IMG/VR virus record: IMGVR_UViG_3300035208_005087
Span: 64,545 to 128,544 of that record
DNA: 64,000 nt
Direction: 5' to 3' (one strand)
Origin: a virus
Taxonomy: Duplodnaviria > Caudoviricetes
Below are positions 1 to 8,198 of this stretch, piece after piece; position 1 is the stretch's first letter, and each line of letters starts with the position of its first letter. A program made the position numbers and the translations under genes. The notes under the pieces are model-generated. The model ran no database searches, was not told the DNA's origin, and was given only the letters and a program-made list of their open reading frames with translations.

Positions 1-287
1 ATATTGTAGACATCCTCCCAGACCCATTCTATACTTGTCCCCGGGTGGTTCCCTACCTTAGTTATAGTTACCATGGACATCAATGTCCCAAAGGTGTTGT
101 CAGGGCTCAAGTTTATCCTCGTAGCGCTCGTATCATACAGACTGACCCCTATTTGCGGACGCTCTTTGCCCATATGGTACTTGCCATACGCCTTTACGTC
201 CGTCTTGTATACAGGGTGCCTTTTTAACGAGTCATTCAACTCATCCATAAATCTTTTTTTAATTACTTGGTAAAGATTGTTTTCCAT
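1..287 (-). CDS. Virion protein, possibly tail completion/terminator (3' end runs off the window)
   Basis: Not in the ORF track. Translated by hand from ATG at 287: MENNLYQVIKKRFMDELNDSLKRHP...PGTSIEWVWEDVYN, open to position 1. Function inferred from position after the neck genes only. Confidence 0.6.
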   Translation of the reverse strand, partial: MENNLYQVIKKRFMDELNDSLKRHPVYKTDVKAYGKYHMGKERPQIGVSLYDTSATRINLSPDNTFGTLMSMVTITKVGNHPGTSIEWVWEDVYN

Positions 288-308
288 GACTAAGCACCCC
301 ATTATAAA

Positions 309-343
309 ATAGGGAATAAGGGTATGGTACCCTTATTCCCTAT
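309..343 (-). terminator. Intrinsic terminator after the actin-like gene
   Basis: Perfect 16-bp stem ATAGGGAATAAGGGTA / TACCCTTATTCCCTAT with a 3-nt loop, followed by TTTATAAT on the minus strand. Confidence 0.75.
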
Positions 344-346
344 GGA

Positions 347-1360
347 TCATTCTGACTCTAAACTAGCAGCAATTAACAATCCCTTAGCCACATCGGCTAA
401 AGGGTCGTTTGCCATACGTATTTCTGACACTTCAAAAGGGAAATCCTTTATCTTCGCAAATTCCCGTTTAAAGAACTCTAGGAAATTGCCGGCTTGTGAT
501 GTCCCACCAGAAATTATAATAGGTAAGGGCTTCTCAATCTGCACGGCACTCTCCGCCCTGCGGAATTCCTTTTTGATGCTGTCTACCACATAGTTAATTA
601 AATTCTTGTAGTACACGACCACCGCTTCCCGTTCCCGTTCTGTCTTAGGGTCCCCTTTAATTGGGTCTAGTAGATCTACTCCCTGTTCTTTGATAGCCAT
701 AATTTGTGCCTGAGTCTTGCCTGTAGCCCTGGCCGCTCCTTCATCAATCCAGTCCCCACCACGAGCTACCGAGAACTTCATGCCCGCTACGGTTTGGTAC
801 AATAAGGCAGCATTAGTCATACCCGCACCAAAACTTAAACCTAGGGCAGTGAACTCTTCCGCCTCTGCGTTAGCGTACACTACTGCGGTAGCTTCGTTCA
901 TAGCTTCTGCTGTATACCCAAAGCTAGTCAGGATCTTTTTAAACATTGCTTCGTGATAAAACACATCCGCATCCTTATCTAAAGGTGCCGCAGGTACCGA
1001 GAAGTACAGTACCTCTCCCTTGGGTGAGGGCTCTCCTACTACTTCCTTTAAAAGTAACATCAAAATCTTTTCTGCTTCCCGCTCCCCCGCTGCGATCACG
1101 CCCTGGGATAGCGGCCTTCTTACTTCTTTTTTTAAAATGTTGGCCATTCTGAGGGAGGCGTCCCCTATGATGTACAAAGTGTCTTCTTTTTCAATGAACG
1201 GCACCTTGCTCATTTTTAGCATGTTTCGAGTGCTCTTTTCATTATCTATGTCGATAAAGGCATCTCTTACCGAACGTATGGATACGCTTGCCATTTCGGT
1301 TTCATCTGAGTATGTAGCCCCTACTAAAAAGCAGGTACCCACGTCGAGTCCTTTTGCCAT
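347..1360 (-). CDS. Actin-fold (ASKHA) ATPase, MreB/MamK/volactin-like
   Basis: Phosphate-1 GLDVGT, connect-1 NEATA, phosphate-2 SFGAGMTN, adenosine motif IISGGTS, connect-2 VAKGLL; 337 aa. Confidence 0.85.
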   Translation of the reverse strand: MAKGLDVGTCFLVGATYSDETEMASVSIRSVRDAFIDIDNEKSTRNMLKMSKVPFIEKEDTLYIIGDASLRMANILKKEVRRPLSQGVIAAGEREAEKILMLLLKEVVGEPSPKGEVLYFSVPAAPLDKDADVFYHEAMFKKILTSFGYTAEAMNEATAVVYANAEAEEFTALGLSFGAGMTNAALLYQTVAGMKFSVARGGDWIDEGAARATGKTQAQIMAIKEQGVDLLDPIKGDPKTEREREAVVVYYKNLINYVVDSIKKEFRRAESAVQIEKPLPIIISGGTSQAGNFLEFFKREFAKIKDFPFEVSEIRMANDPLADVAKGLLIAASLESE

Positions 1361-1363
1361 TTG

Positions 1364-2047
1364 TTATGTCTCCTTCTGTTGTGTTTTATTTCTTAAGGCT
1401 TTTAGCCTATTTAATGAGTTCCTCACTGTATCCCCTTGTCCCACACTAGTTGTCTGCAGGTGGATATGATTGGCCATATCTGTTACCGCTAGATTACCTG
1501 GGATGTACACCTCCTCCCGGAGCTCCCTATTCTCGCTACCCCTAACACCTCGTGCTGGCGAGGTGACTCCAGGACCTGCCACTGATATCCCCGATAAAGT
1601 CTTTTCCATTTTTGTGGCCGAGGACTCTATAGCTTTTACGGTTTCGGTACTCTGCCTACTCACCATCTCCTGCATATCCTCGAATTTACGATCTATTTTC
1701 TGTAAAAGTTCAGATAATCCTTTTTCTCCCTCTTCGGGCTGAGTCTCCACACCCTTCTCTTTGAATGAGGACACTTCTTCTAACTTTTTTTCAAAACTAG
1801 AAATTTTAGAAACTATTTGCTTCAATTCTTCTTGATCTTTCTTTGGGGCAGGTTTTGGAGGGGGCACTAGGGGGCCTAAACCCTCATCCGTGATAATGGC
1901 CACCCTCCCTTCTTGTGCTGCCTTATTTAGATCGGCAGAGTGGGATAGTTGCTCTTTAGTATAAGTTTTAACTTGACCAAAATAAACCCGATCATTGAGA
2001 TCGGGTATTTCTACAGTTCTAAAACTTATGCCTTTGACTTTTATCAT
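1364..2047 (-). CDS. Hypothetical coiled-coil protein directly upstream of the actin-like gene
   Basis: 227-aa ORF, 3-nt gap to the actin gene, Pro-rich linker then a helical charged region. Confidence 0.7.
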   Translation of the reverse strand: MIKVKGISFRTVEIPDLNDRVYFGQVKTYTKEQLSHSADLNKAAQEGRVAIITDEGLGPLVPPPKPAPKKDQEELKQIVSKISSFEKKLEEVSSFKEKGVETQPEEGEKGLSELLQKIDRKFEDMQEMVSRQSTETVKAIESSATKMEKTLSGISVAGPGVTSPARGVRGSENRELREEVYIPGNLAVTDMANHIHLQTTSVGQGDTVRNSLNRLKALRNKTQQKET

Positions 2048-2093
2048 GTTTTATTTTGGCCCCCATTATCCCCGGGGGCTTTAGGGTTTTTTA

Positions 2094-3032
2094 TTACGCT
2101 AGATACCGAGAAAGTTTGTCTTGTTTGACTAAAGACGCGTTTTTCCAGTCAGAGTAGTCTTTCACCGCTACTGTGTCCTTTTTACCGTCTTCTGGAGAAA
2201 CTCTCACATGGGTGGGGTTTCCATCCTTGTCGTAGCCCTTAGCTTGGTACTCTTCCAGTTTGTGTTCTTCGGTTTGAATGTTTTCCATTACTTGCTCGAA
2301 CATCTTGTTCAATTCTTTCATGCGATCCTGTGGTTTCTCTGCACGGCTTTCCGCAGTCATCAGAGATAGTAACAAAGCTGCTACCGCTGGGATATTTTTC
2401 ATCATACCAGCTTCTTTGGTTTCACCGTCTTCTTCGTCTGACGCTAACTTTAAGTTTTTCAACAAGCGTTCGCCTTCTAAAGCTTTCTTTTTCAACTCTT
2501 CTTCATACGCACGTTGTTCTTCATCAACAGATAGATCCACACCTGTGTACTTGTCCTTTATATGGGGGTCTGCGGCAGGGGCTTGTTGCATGATTTTTTT
2601 CATTTCTGCAGCAAGTTGTTTCACAGCGTCTTTACCTAACCCTGCAACTTGTTTTGTTACAGTTTTAAGATCCAGGCCTGCTAATACTTCTTGGCCTTCT
2701 GCAGGTTGAGTTTCTTCAGATTTATCACCTTCTGTGGCCTCATCTTCCATCTCCGCAGCGTTCACATAGTAACGAGCACTTCCTTCTGTTGGCATGTAGG
2801 ACATAGTGCCACTTTCACATGCAGCACATTTGATAGTGTCATTCACATGTACAATGAGGTCGTCACTAGCGATTTTCTCACTTGCGGCGTACTTCTTAAT
2901 GGTAGCGTTGATCTCTTGTAAACTTTTGCTGTGCCCACAATCGGCGCAAGCAAAAACGGTAATCTTTTGCGCTTCTGCTTCCAATGTGTCAGCTAATTTT
3001 AAAAGCTGTTCTGCCGCGGTAACTAATCTCAT
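2094..3032 (-). CDS. Putative internal head/ejection protein with Zn ribbon and internal hydrophobic segment
   Basis: CADC...CAAC pair; several K-x-A motifs followed by acidic runs; internal MMKNIPAVAALLLSLMTAESRA; AGGAG RBS; late motif upstream. Confidence 0.55.
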   Translation of the reverse strand: MRLVTAAEQLLKLADTLEAEAQKITVFACADCGHSKSLQEINATIKKYAASEKIASDDLIVHVNDTIKCAACESGTMSYMPTEGSARYYVNAAEMEDEATEGDKSEETQPAEGQEVLAGLDLKTVTKQVAGLGKDAVKQLAAEMKKIMQQAPAADPHIKDKYTGVDLSVDEEQRAYEEELKKKALEGERLLKNLKLASDEEDGETKEAGMMKNIPAVAALLLSLMTAESRAEKPQDRMKELNKMFEQVMENIQTEEHKLEEYQAKGYDKDGNPTHVRVSPEDGKKDTVAVKDYSDWKNASLVKQDKLSRYLA

Positions 3033-3087
3033 TTCTAAACTCCTTATACAAAAATTTTGTTAAAAATTGTAAAACATGTACAAAAGG

Positions 3088-3100
3088 ATTAGAAGATTAT
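3088..3100 (-). promoter_or_regulatory. Candidate late promoter ATAATCTnnTAAT
   Basis: Exact motif (ATAATCTTCTAAT), intergenic, upstream of 2094..3032. Confidence 0.75.
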
Positions 3101-3115
3101 CCAACAGACACTTCT

Positions 3116-4510
3116 CTAAAGCGTTATATTCTCGAAGGTAACCGTGCGGCCAGTCTCCCTCACACCCTCTGGTACCGTACTTTTTTCTGGAATAGTCGGG
3201 CTAGCATCCGAGGGTCTGTTCTCCCTAAATGCGTTCCAGGCCTCCGGTGGTGCACTCTCTCCTCCTCGTATGGGTATCAGGTAAATCGGGTCTGTTTGAT
3301 CTACATGAGCTAAGGTAAAGTGCTGCTGGTAAATCGCCCCTCGACTTCCTTGAGGATTAGGTCTGTTTACGAAGTACCTATCATTGTTTGCCCGTACTAC
3401 TACATCCCTGTCATTTAATAAGGGTTCTGGCCCTGTCCAGGTATTCCAGTCATATGTGATGTGAAAGCCGGCATCCATTAGGTTTACGGCTTTCTCAGTC
3501 TCCGGTGGGGCTATTAATATATCATAAGGGCCTTCGTAACCACCTATGTACCCTGTACCGTAACACTTAGGGCACCCCCCATTCTTAAGACCGACTCCTT
3601 TAGAGTACCCAAAATCCTCATTGTAGCACCCACACCTTTGGCCGTTCCATTTTCTTAAAAAGAGTTTTACTCTCTCCCCTTCCCTCTCTAATAACCACTT
3701 GTTTTTTCTGATGGCTTCTTTCCACACCCAATCGGTTTTCTCCATTTGGTATGGAGTTTGAGCCTCCACCTCAGAAATAGGGGTCTCTATGGTCACCCCC
3801 TTACTCGGATCGAAAGCTACCGTTGTTACCTTGTAGTATAGCTTCCTGTGCATATCCGTGGCAATCAGCCCATTCAAGTATGTGTAGGACACCCTAATAC
3901 CCCCAGTAAGAAGATCGGGCAGGACAGGTGGTACGTATGCATTTTTTATAGGATCATATGTCCTATTTGTGTTCAAGTATATGAGCCCTTGCTCTGCATG
4001 TATCTTAAAAGGTATTACTGGGACATAGCCTTTCCCATCTCCCGCATCCACTTCTATTAGGATATGCGAGTAATTTACCTGTCCTTGGCTATTGGTGCCT
4101 GGGGCTATCAAGGGTTTGTGCATCGTGTGAAAAAACCACTTTTTCTCCGCGTTATTTGCAGGGTTTAATCTGTTTAGGACATCTTCCCTCTCTACAAAAA
4201 CCTCTGATGTTTGATCCCTCACAGATTTCGCCGAAAGGGGTGCTACATTTATTTTAGTGTACTCTCCTGCCGGTGTATCAAAACACCGATACACATTCAC
4301 CCCTAGTATGTCTAGACCACTATTGTATGGTATAGCTGCCGGGTTATCCCAGCGGATATCCAACACTCCTATCAAGTAAGGGCTCGTCACGTGTACGTTT
4401 TTTGGAGGTAATGGTAAACTCACTGGGTCGGAGGAACCGCTTCGATAAGGTAGATTAAAACCAGGGCTACCCATCCCTTGTACTAAACTGGTTCTGTTCA
4501 TCTCTGCCAT
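3116..4510 (-). CDS. Putative neck/head-closure protein with N-terminal Fn3-like domain and Cys cluster
   Basis: LDIRWDNP..VNVYR Fn3-like start; GERVKLFLRK..RCGC..CPKCYGTGYIGGY; beta-rich C-terminal half; structural-module context. Confidence 0.55.
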   Translation of the reverse strand: MAEMNRTSLVQGMGSPGFNLPYRSGSSDPVSLPLPPKNVHVTSPYLIGVLDIRWDNPAAIPYNSGLDILGVNVYRCFDTPAGEYTKINVAPLSAKSVRDQTSEVFVEREDVLNRLNPANNAEKKWFFHTMHKPLIAPGTNSQGQVNYSHILIEVDAGDGKGYVPVIPFKIHAEQGLIYLNTNRTYDPIKNAYVPPVLPDLLTGGIRVSYTYLNGLIATDMHRKLYYKVTTVAFDPSKGVTIETPISEVEAQTPYQMEKTDWVWKEAIRKNKWLLEREGERVKLFLRKWNGQRCGCYNEDFGYSKGVGLKNGGCPKCYGTGYIGGYEGPYDILIAPPETEKAVNLMDAGFHITYDWNTWTGPEPLLNDRDVVVRANNDRYFVNRPNPQGSRGAIYQQHFTLAHVDQTDPIYLIPIRGGESAPPEAWNAFRENRPSDASPTIPEKSTVPEGVRETGRTVTFENITL

Positions 4511-4513
4511 TTT

Positions 4514-5305
4514 TTAATCCCTTAGGGCTACAACCTTTTTACCTATCTTCATGTATGCTTCGTCCCCAAATGTTCCTGTATAGTAAGAAACTCTCATGGT
4601 TATACCTTCTTGGACCTGCGGGATATCCAAACCATACCCTCCCCACACAAGAGTATTCTCCACGACAAGGAAGTCTATACCTTCTCTCTGAGAGGTAGCC
4701 TGGGCTATGTTTACCGCAGTCCCAAATACGGGGGCTTCTACTAAAGTTACATATTTGTTTTGTACATCGGTAGCTGTAAGGGTGATATATTCTGTCACTA
4801 TCCTTCCCGAGGGGCTTGCGTCCCCTACCAGATAAAGGCTACTGATTCTTGTGGTCGACGGGGTTCCTAGCGGGTTACTACTAGAAACGTACGCTGCCCA
4901 CCCTTCTACTATATCCGAATACTGTACATCTGACACTTTAAAGGATACCCTTTTCTTCACACCTCCCGCTGTTACCCGTGCTCCCAGTGTGTCCCCTTTT
5001 ACATGCAATGTTGCAGAAATTTCCTTGGCCGTTCCCAGCATTAATGTCTCGGACCTTCCCTCATACCCTGGGACTGTGTAAGTGGCCCCTCCATCTTGCG
5101 TACTTAATATCAGGGACTTTGTTCCTACTACCGCCCGATCTGAACGTATTTGGAAGCACACCTCATGGTGGGAGTTTTTTAAACATATCTCTAGAGCCGA
5201 GAAAACATTAGGAGTACTAACTTTAAAAGACATGGACACCCCTGACAACCCTGGGTATTCCAAGGCCATGTTTGTCAGTACGTAGTTCGTGCGCATTTTG
5301 AGCAT
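4514..5305 (-). CDS. Virion structural protein
   Basis: Beta-rich. C-terminal ~80 aa resemble 13120..13368 (EY...L...P...Q..GxDFxV...LxW...RVxY). Confidence 0.6.
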   Translation of the reverse strand: MLKMRTNYVLTNMALEYPGLSGVSMSFKVSTPNVFSALEICLKNSHHEVCFQIRSDRAVVGTKSLILSTQDGGATYTVPGYEGRSETLMLGTAKEISATLHVKGDTLGARVTAGGVKKRVSFKVSDVQYSDIVEGWAAYVSSSNPLGTPSTTRISSLYLVGDASPSGRIVTEYITLTATDVQNKYVTLVEAPVFGTAVNIAQATSQREGIDFLVVENTLVWGGYGLDIPQVQEGITMRVSYYTGTFGDEAYMKIGKKVVALRD

Positions 5306-5317
5306 ATTCCTGCCTCC

Positions 5318-8191
5318 TTAGGTGTGTACGATATTTAATGTTTTTGCTGCGAAATTTACGGACACATCCGTTTCTTCTTCTATCAACCAGTTAATGGGAG
5401 AAAAACCAGTTACCCCGCTGGCCCCTTTATACACCCACTGCTCTCTGGGTAAAAAGATAACGCTTTTCCCCACCACACCGGTAAAGAGGGGGTAGTCCCC
5501 TGCTAGCACACATATTACTGTCGCAGTTTCTTGAAGGGCTCTTTGTATGGTCCTATATGGATTCCCTAAACTACCATTACCTGTATCATCGTTACCGTCC
5601 ACTGTAACGAACACCTTATCCCCTGGTATATCTTTAGGGTCAAAAGGTTGTATGGCTAGTCTATCGGTTCTCTTAAGTAAGGGGATCTCCGGGCGCGAGT
5701 CATGGATATCCAAGCGGGACGGGGCAGTCTCGAGTATTTGCTCATCAAAGTATTGTGTTCTTTTAGACACATGCGGTGTCTCTGCCCCCATTATAGGGGA
5801 CACAGTATCTGCGTCCGCTTTATCTAAAGCGTGGCTCAGTCTTCTCACCGGTTTATCTAAATTTCCGTCCCACACATAATCGTGCCCTATTTGAGACATG
5901 TACAGATTTTCGGATACCCTGTTGTACACATCCACCAAATTCTCTAAGGCGCCTATATCTGGGGGCTCTCCCTTGTATGTTCGATCTACTTGGGATAAGT
6001 CTCGTTCCCTGCTGCTAAGTGAGTCCTTATTACGAGTAATATAGGATGGATTTCCTGCCAAACGGTTGGGGCTAGCATCGTCTATACTATAATCAAAATC
6101 TACGGGGTTTTTATAGAGGGGGTCGCTGTTTATATTTGATGGGTCAGGAGAGAAGTTTAAGGACGACCCAAATATGTTATTGTTTTTGAACTCGGCCAGA
6201 AAGCCGGATGACATGGTAAGGGCCTGAATATTGGTTAAACTGTTTGAGTCTAGAACAGTGTGCCCTTCCGTGGTACTCCCTCCTATCAACTCAAAAGTTA
6301 TCCTTAATACATCTCCTAATTCCATAGTATCCCAAAGGTATGGGTTTTCTGGCTCTGTTGCAGGGTAATTCGGGTTCTTGTTTAACTGTAGGGTGTCATC
6401 TGTCACTACCGTAAACTCTGTACCGTAAAAAGCCGATGTACCCTCTGTATCGTTGATGACCACGGCGTAATTACCCGATGGGCTCTGTAAAAAGTTGAAA
6501 GGAAAGGGGCCTATGGTGCCGGTGTCTATAAGTGCTTGGTCTACTGTTATGTACCGCACCCCATAAGACACTGCGGAGGCTACATCATCTATTTGCACAT
6601 TTACTAGATTATCCAGGGTGTTATGCCTAAACTCCAGTTTCTTAACCGACTGGACCCTGACCCCTAACTCAGCGGCTTGTCCCAATATGCTGTATGCCAC
6701 CTCTGATATAGCGCTACCTGCCCATAGGGGTTTTAAAGCTATGGCCTTAACAGTTGTTGTTGCCCCTATTTGAATAGGTGTCGTGTACTCTGTAGACGAA
6801 CCATCCGGGGTATCCCCGTTCAGTGTATAGTAGATTATTGCATCACCAGGGTCTGTCGCCAAGGATACTGTTTGTGGAAGAAGGTAAGACCCCCCGTCCA
6901 CATCAAAGGTCGGTGCCGCCACCGTCCCTGTGATTGTATATACCCCTGTTAACACCTCGGAGTCTGTCCACCCTGTTTTCTTTGCAAGGGCTTTGAGGGT
7001 CACAGATGCACCTACGGTGACAGATCCCGTGTATAGGGTGGAACTCGTTGTGGGTGTAGTCCCGTCAGTCGTGTAGTAAATGGACACCCCTGGTGTAGGG
7101 GTGGTTATTTCCACCGCCTGCCCTGTAATATACACGCCCGGTGCAACACCAAAAGCCAAAGGCTCTATTTCAAACACATATGTCTCAGAAACTACCAGAC
7201 TATCTAGCATCCCGGCTTTGACGGCTATAGCCCTTACTTGCTGCGAGACTCCTACTTGGAATTCTCCACTATACAAAGGATCTGCCGTTGTGGGTATCTG
7301 ACCATTAGTTGTATAGTAGAGAGAGGCATCTGGTGTTGCCGATGTTATTTCCAGAGAGAATTCGGTATTAAACGTCCCTGACACCACACTAAAAATCGGG
7401 GCGTCCACCGCCACTACTATGTGCAGGTTCGCCGAGTAACTATAATTCCCATCAGACACGGTAACACTATTATCCCCTTGATCTACTAGGGGTTGGTCTA
7501 CCTCTACGGTAAATATATACCCAGTTCTTACCGAGGCCACCTGCGTCCCATTTATGGACACTTCCGCCGTGTCCAAATCTAAAACAGCATTTGTTGTATC
7601 AATAGTGAGGGTATTTTGAAAAGTTAGGCTGTTATCCGGGTCTACTGTGATGTAGGAGAATGGCTCCTCGTAAGTTCCTGTAAAGAGGTTGCTTTCTGTG
7701 TCTTCATAGTATAGGCCAAGGGATTCTCCCTCTATGTACTCTGTGGACGCTGTTACCTGTCCGTCTTCTCTATCCCAGAAGTATTCTACTCCTAAGCTAT
7801 CCTCAAAGAACAGGTACCTTACTGTGTCAGTAGTGTCTACATAGCTCAGGGTGTGCTGGCTGCCTGTAACATTGTAAACGGACATTGAAACCGCATCAGT
7901 AACTACTACAGTGTCCACTACTAAATTGAATCCATTTTCTAGTAAGTCAAAGTCATACTTAGTAATCACCCCGTTGGATAAAATGTACAGTAAGAAAGTC
8001 TCTTCCGTGCCATCCACTATTTTTAGTGCTGAGTAATCTTGGGCCCCTCCCATTATAACATGGGAGAAGCTATTATACTCTACTGTCAGTGTACTTCCGT
8101 TTGCTATATAGAATAAGGCGGTCCCTCCCTCGTAGGGAACCTCTATTGCAAAGGAGGCTTCACTGTAGGATGGTACTTGGGTTTCAGACAT
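5318..8191 (-). CDS. Chimeric virion adhesin/fibre: three Fn3-associated (chitobiase/CHB_HEX_C-type) repeats, a beta-helix fragment and a DUF1565-like motif
   Basis: Three repeats with YYTxxGxxP (e.g. APIFSVVSGTF..YYTTNGQIPT); PDIGALE; C-terminal VFVTVDGNDDTGNGSLGNPYRTIQRAL. Confidence 0.75.
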   Translation of the reverse strand: MSETQVPSYSEASFAIEVPYEGGTALFYIANGSTLTVEYNSFSHVIMGGAQDYSALKIVDGTEETFLLYILSNGVITKYDFDLLENGFNLVVDTVVVTDAVSMSVYNVTGSQHTLSYVDTTDTVRYLFFEDSLGVEYFWDREDGQVTASTEYIEGESLGLYYEDTESNLFTGTYEEPFSYITVDPDNSLTFQNTLTIDTTNAVLDLDTAEVSINGTQVASVRTGYIFTVEVDQPLVDQGDNSVTVSDGNYSYSANLHIVVAVDAPIFSVVSGTFNTEFSLEITSATPDASLYYTTNGQIPTTADPLYSGEFQVGVSQQVRAIAVKAGMLDSLVVSETYVFEIEPLAFGVAPGVYITGQAVEITTPTPGVSIYYTTDGTTPTTSSTLYTGSVTVGASVTLKALAKKTGWTDSEVLTGVYTITGTVAAPTFDVDGGSYLLPQTVSLATDPGDAIIYYTLNGDTPDGSSTEYTTPIQIGATTTVKAIALKPLWAGSAISEVAYSILGQAAELGVRVQSVKKLEFRHNTLDNLVNVQIDDVASAVSYGVRYITVDQALIDTGTIGPFPFNFLQSPSGNYAVVINDTEGTSAFYGTEFTVVTDDTLQLNKNPNYPATEPENPYLWDTMELGDVLRITFELIGGSTTEGHTVLDSNSLTNIQALTMSSGFLAEFKNNNIFGSSLNFSPDPSNINSDPLYKNPVDFDYSIDDASPNRLAGNPSYITRNKDSLSSRERDLSQVDRTYKGEPPDIGALENLVDVYNRVSENLYMSQIGHDYVWDGNLDKPVRRLSHALDKADADTVSPIMGAETPHVSKRTQYFDEQILETAPSRLDIHDSRPEIPLLKRTDRLAIQPFDPKDIPGDKVFVTVDGNDDTGNGSLGNPYRTIQRALQETATVICVLAGDYPLFTGVVGKSVIFLPREQWVYKGASGVTGFSPINWLIEEETDVSVNFAAKTLNIVHT

Positions 8192-8198
8192 TACTAAG

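Noticed and set aside
347-2090. ParMRC plasmid partition cassette
   Set aside because: No centromere-like iterons were seen, the upstream gene does not look like an RHH ParR, and the context is late structural.
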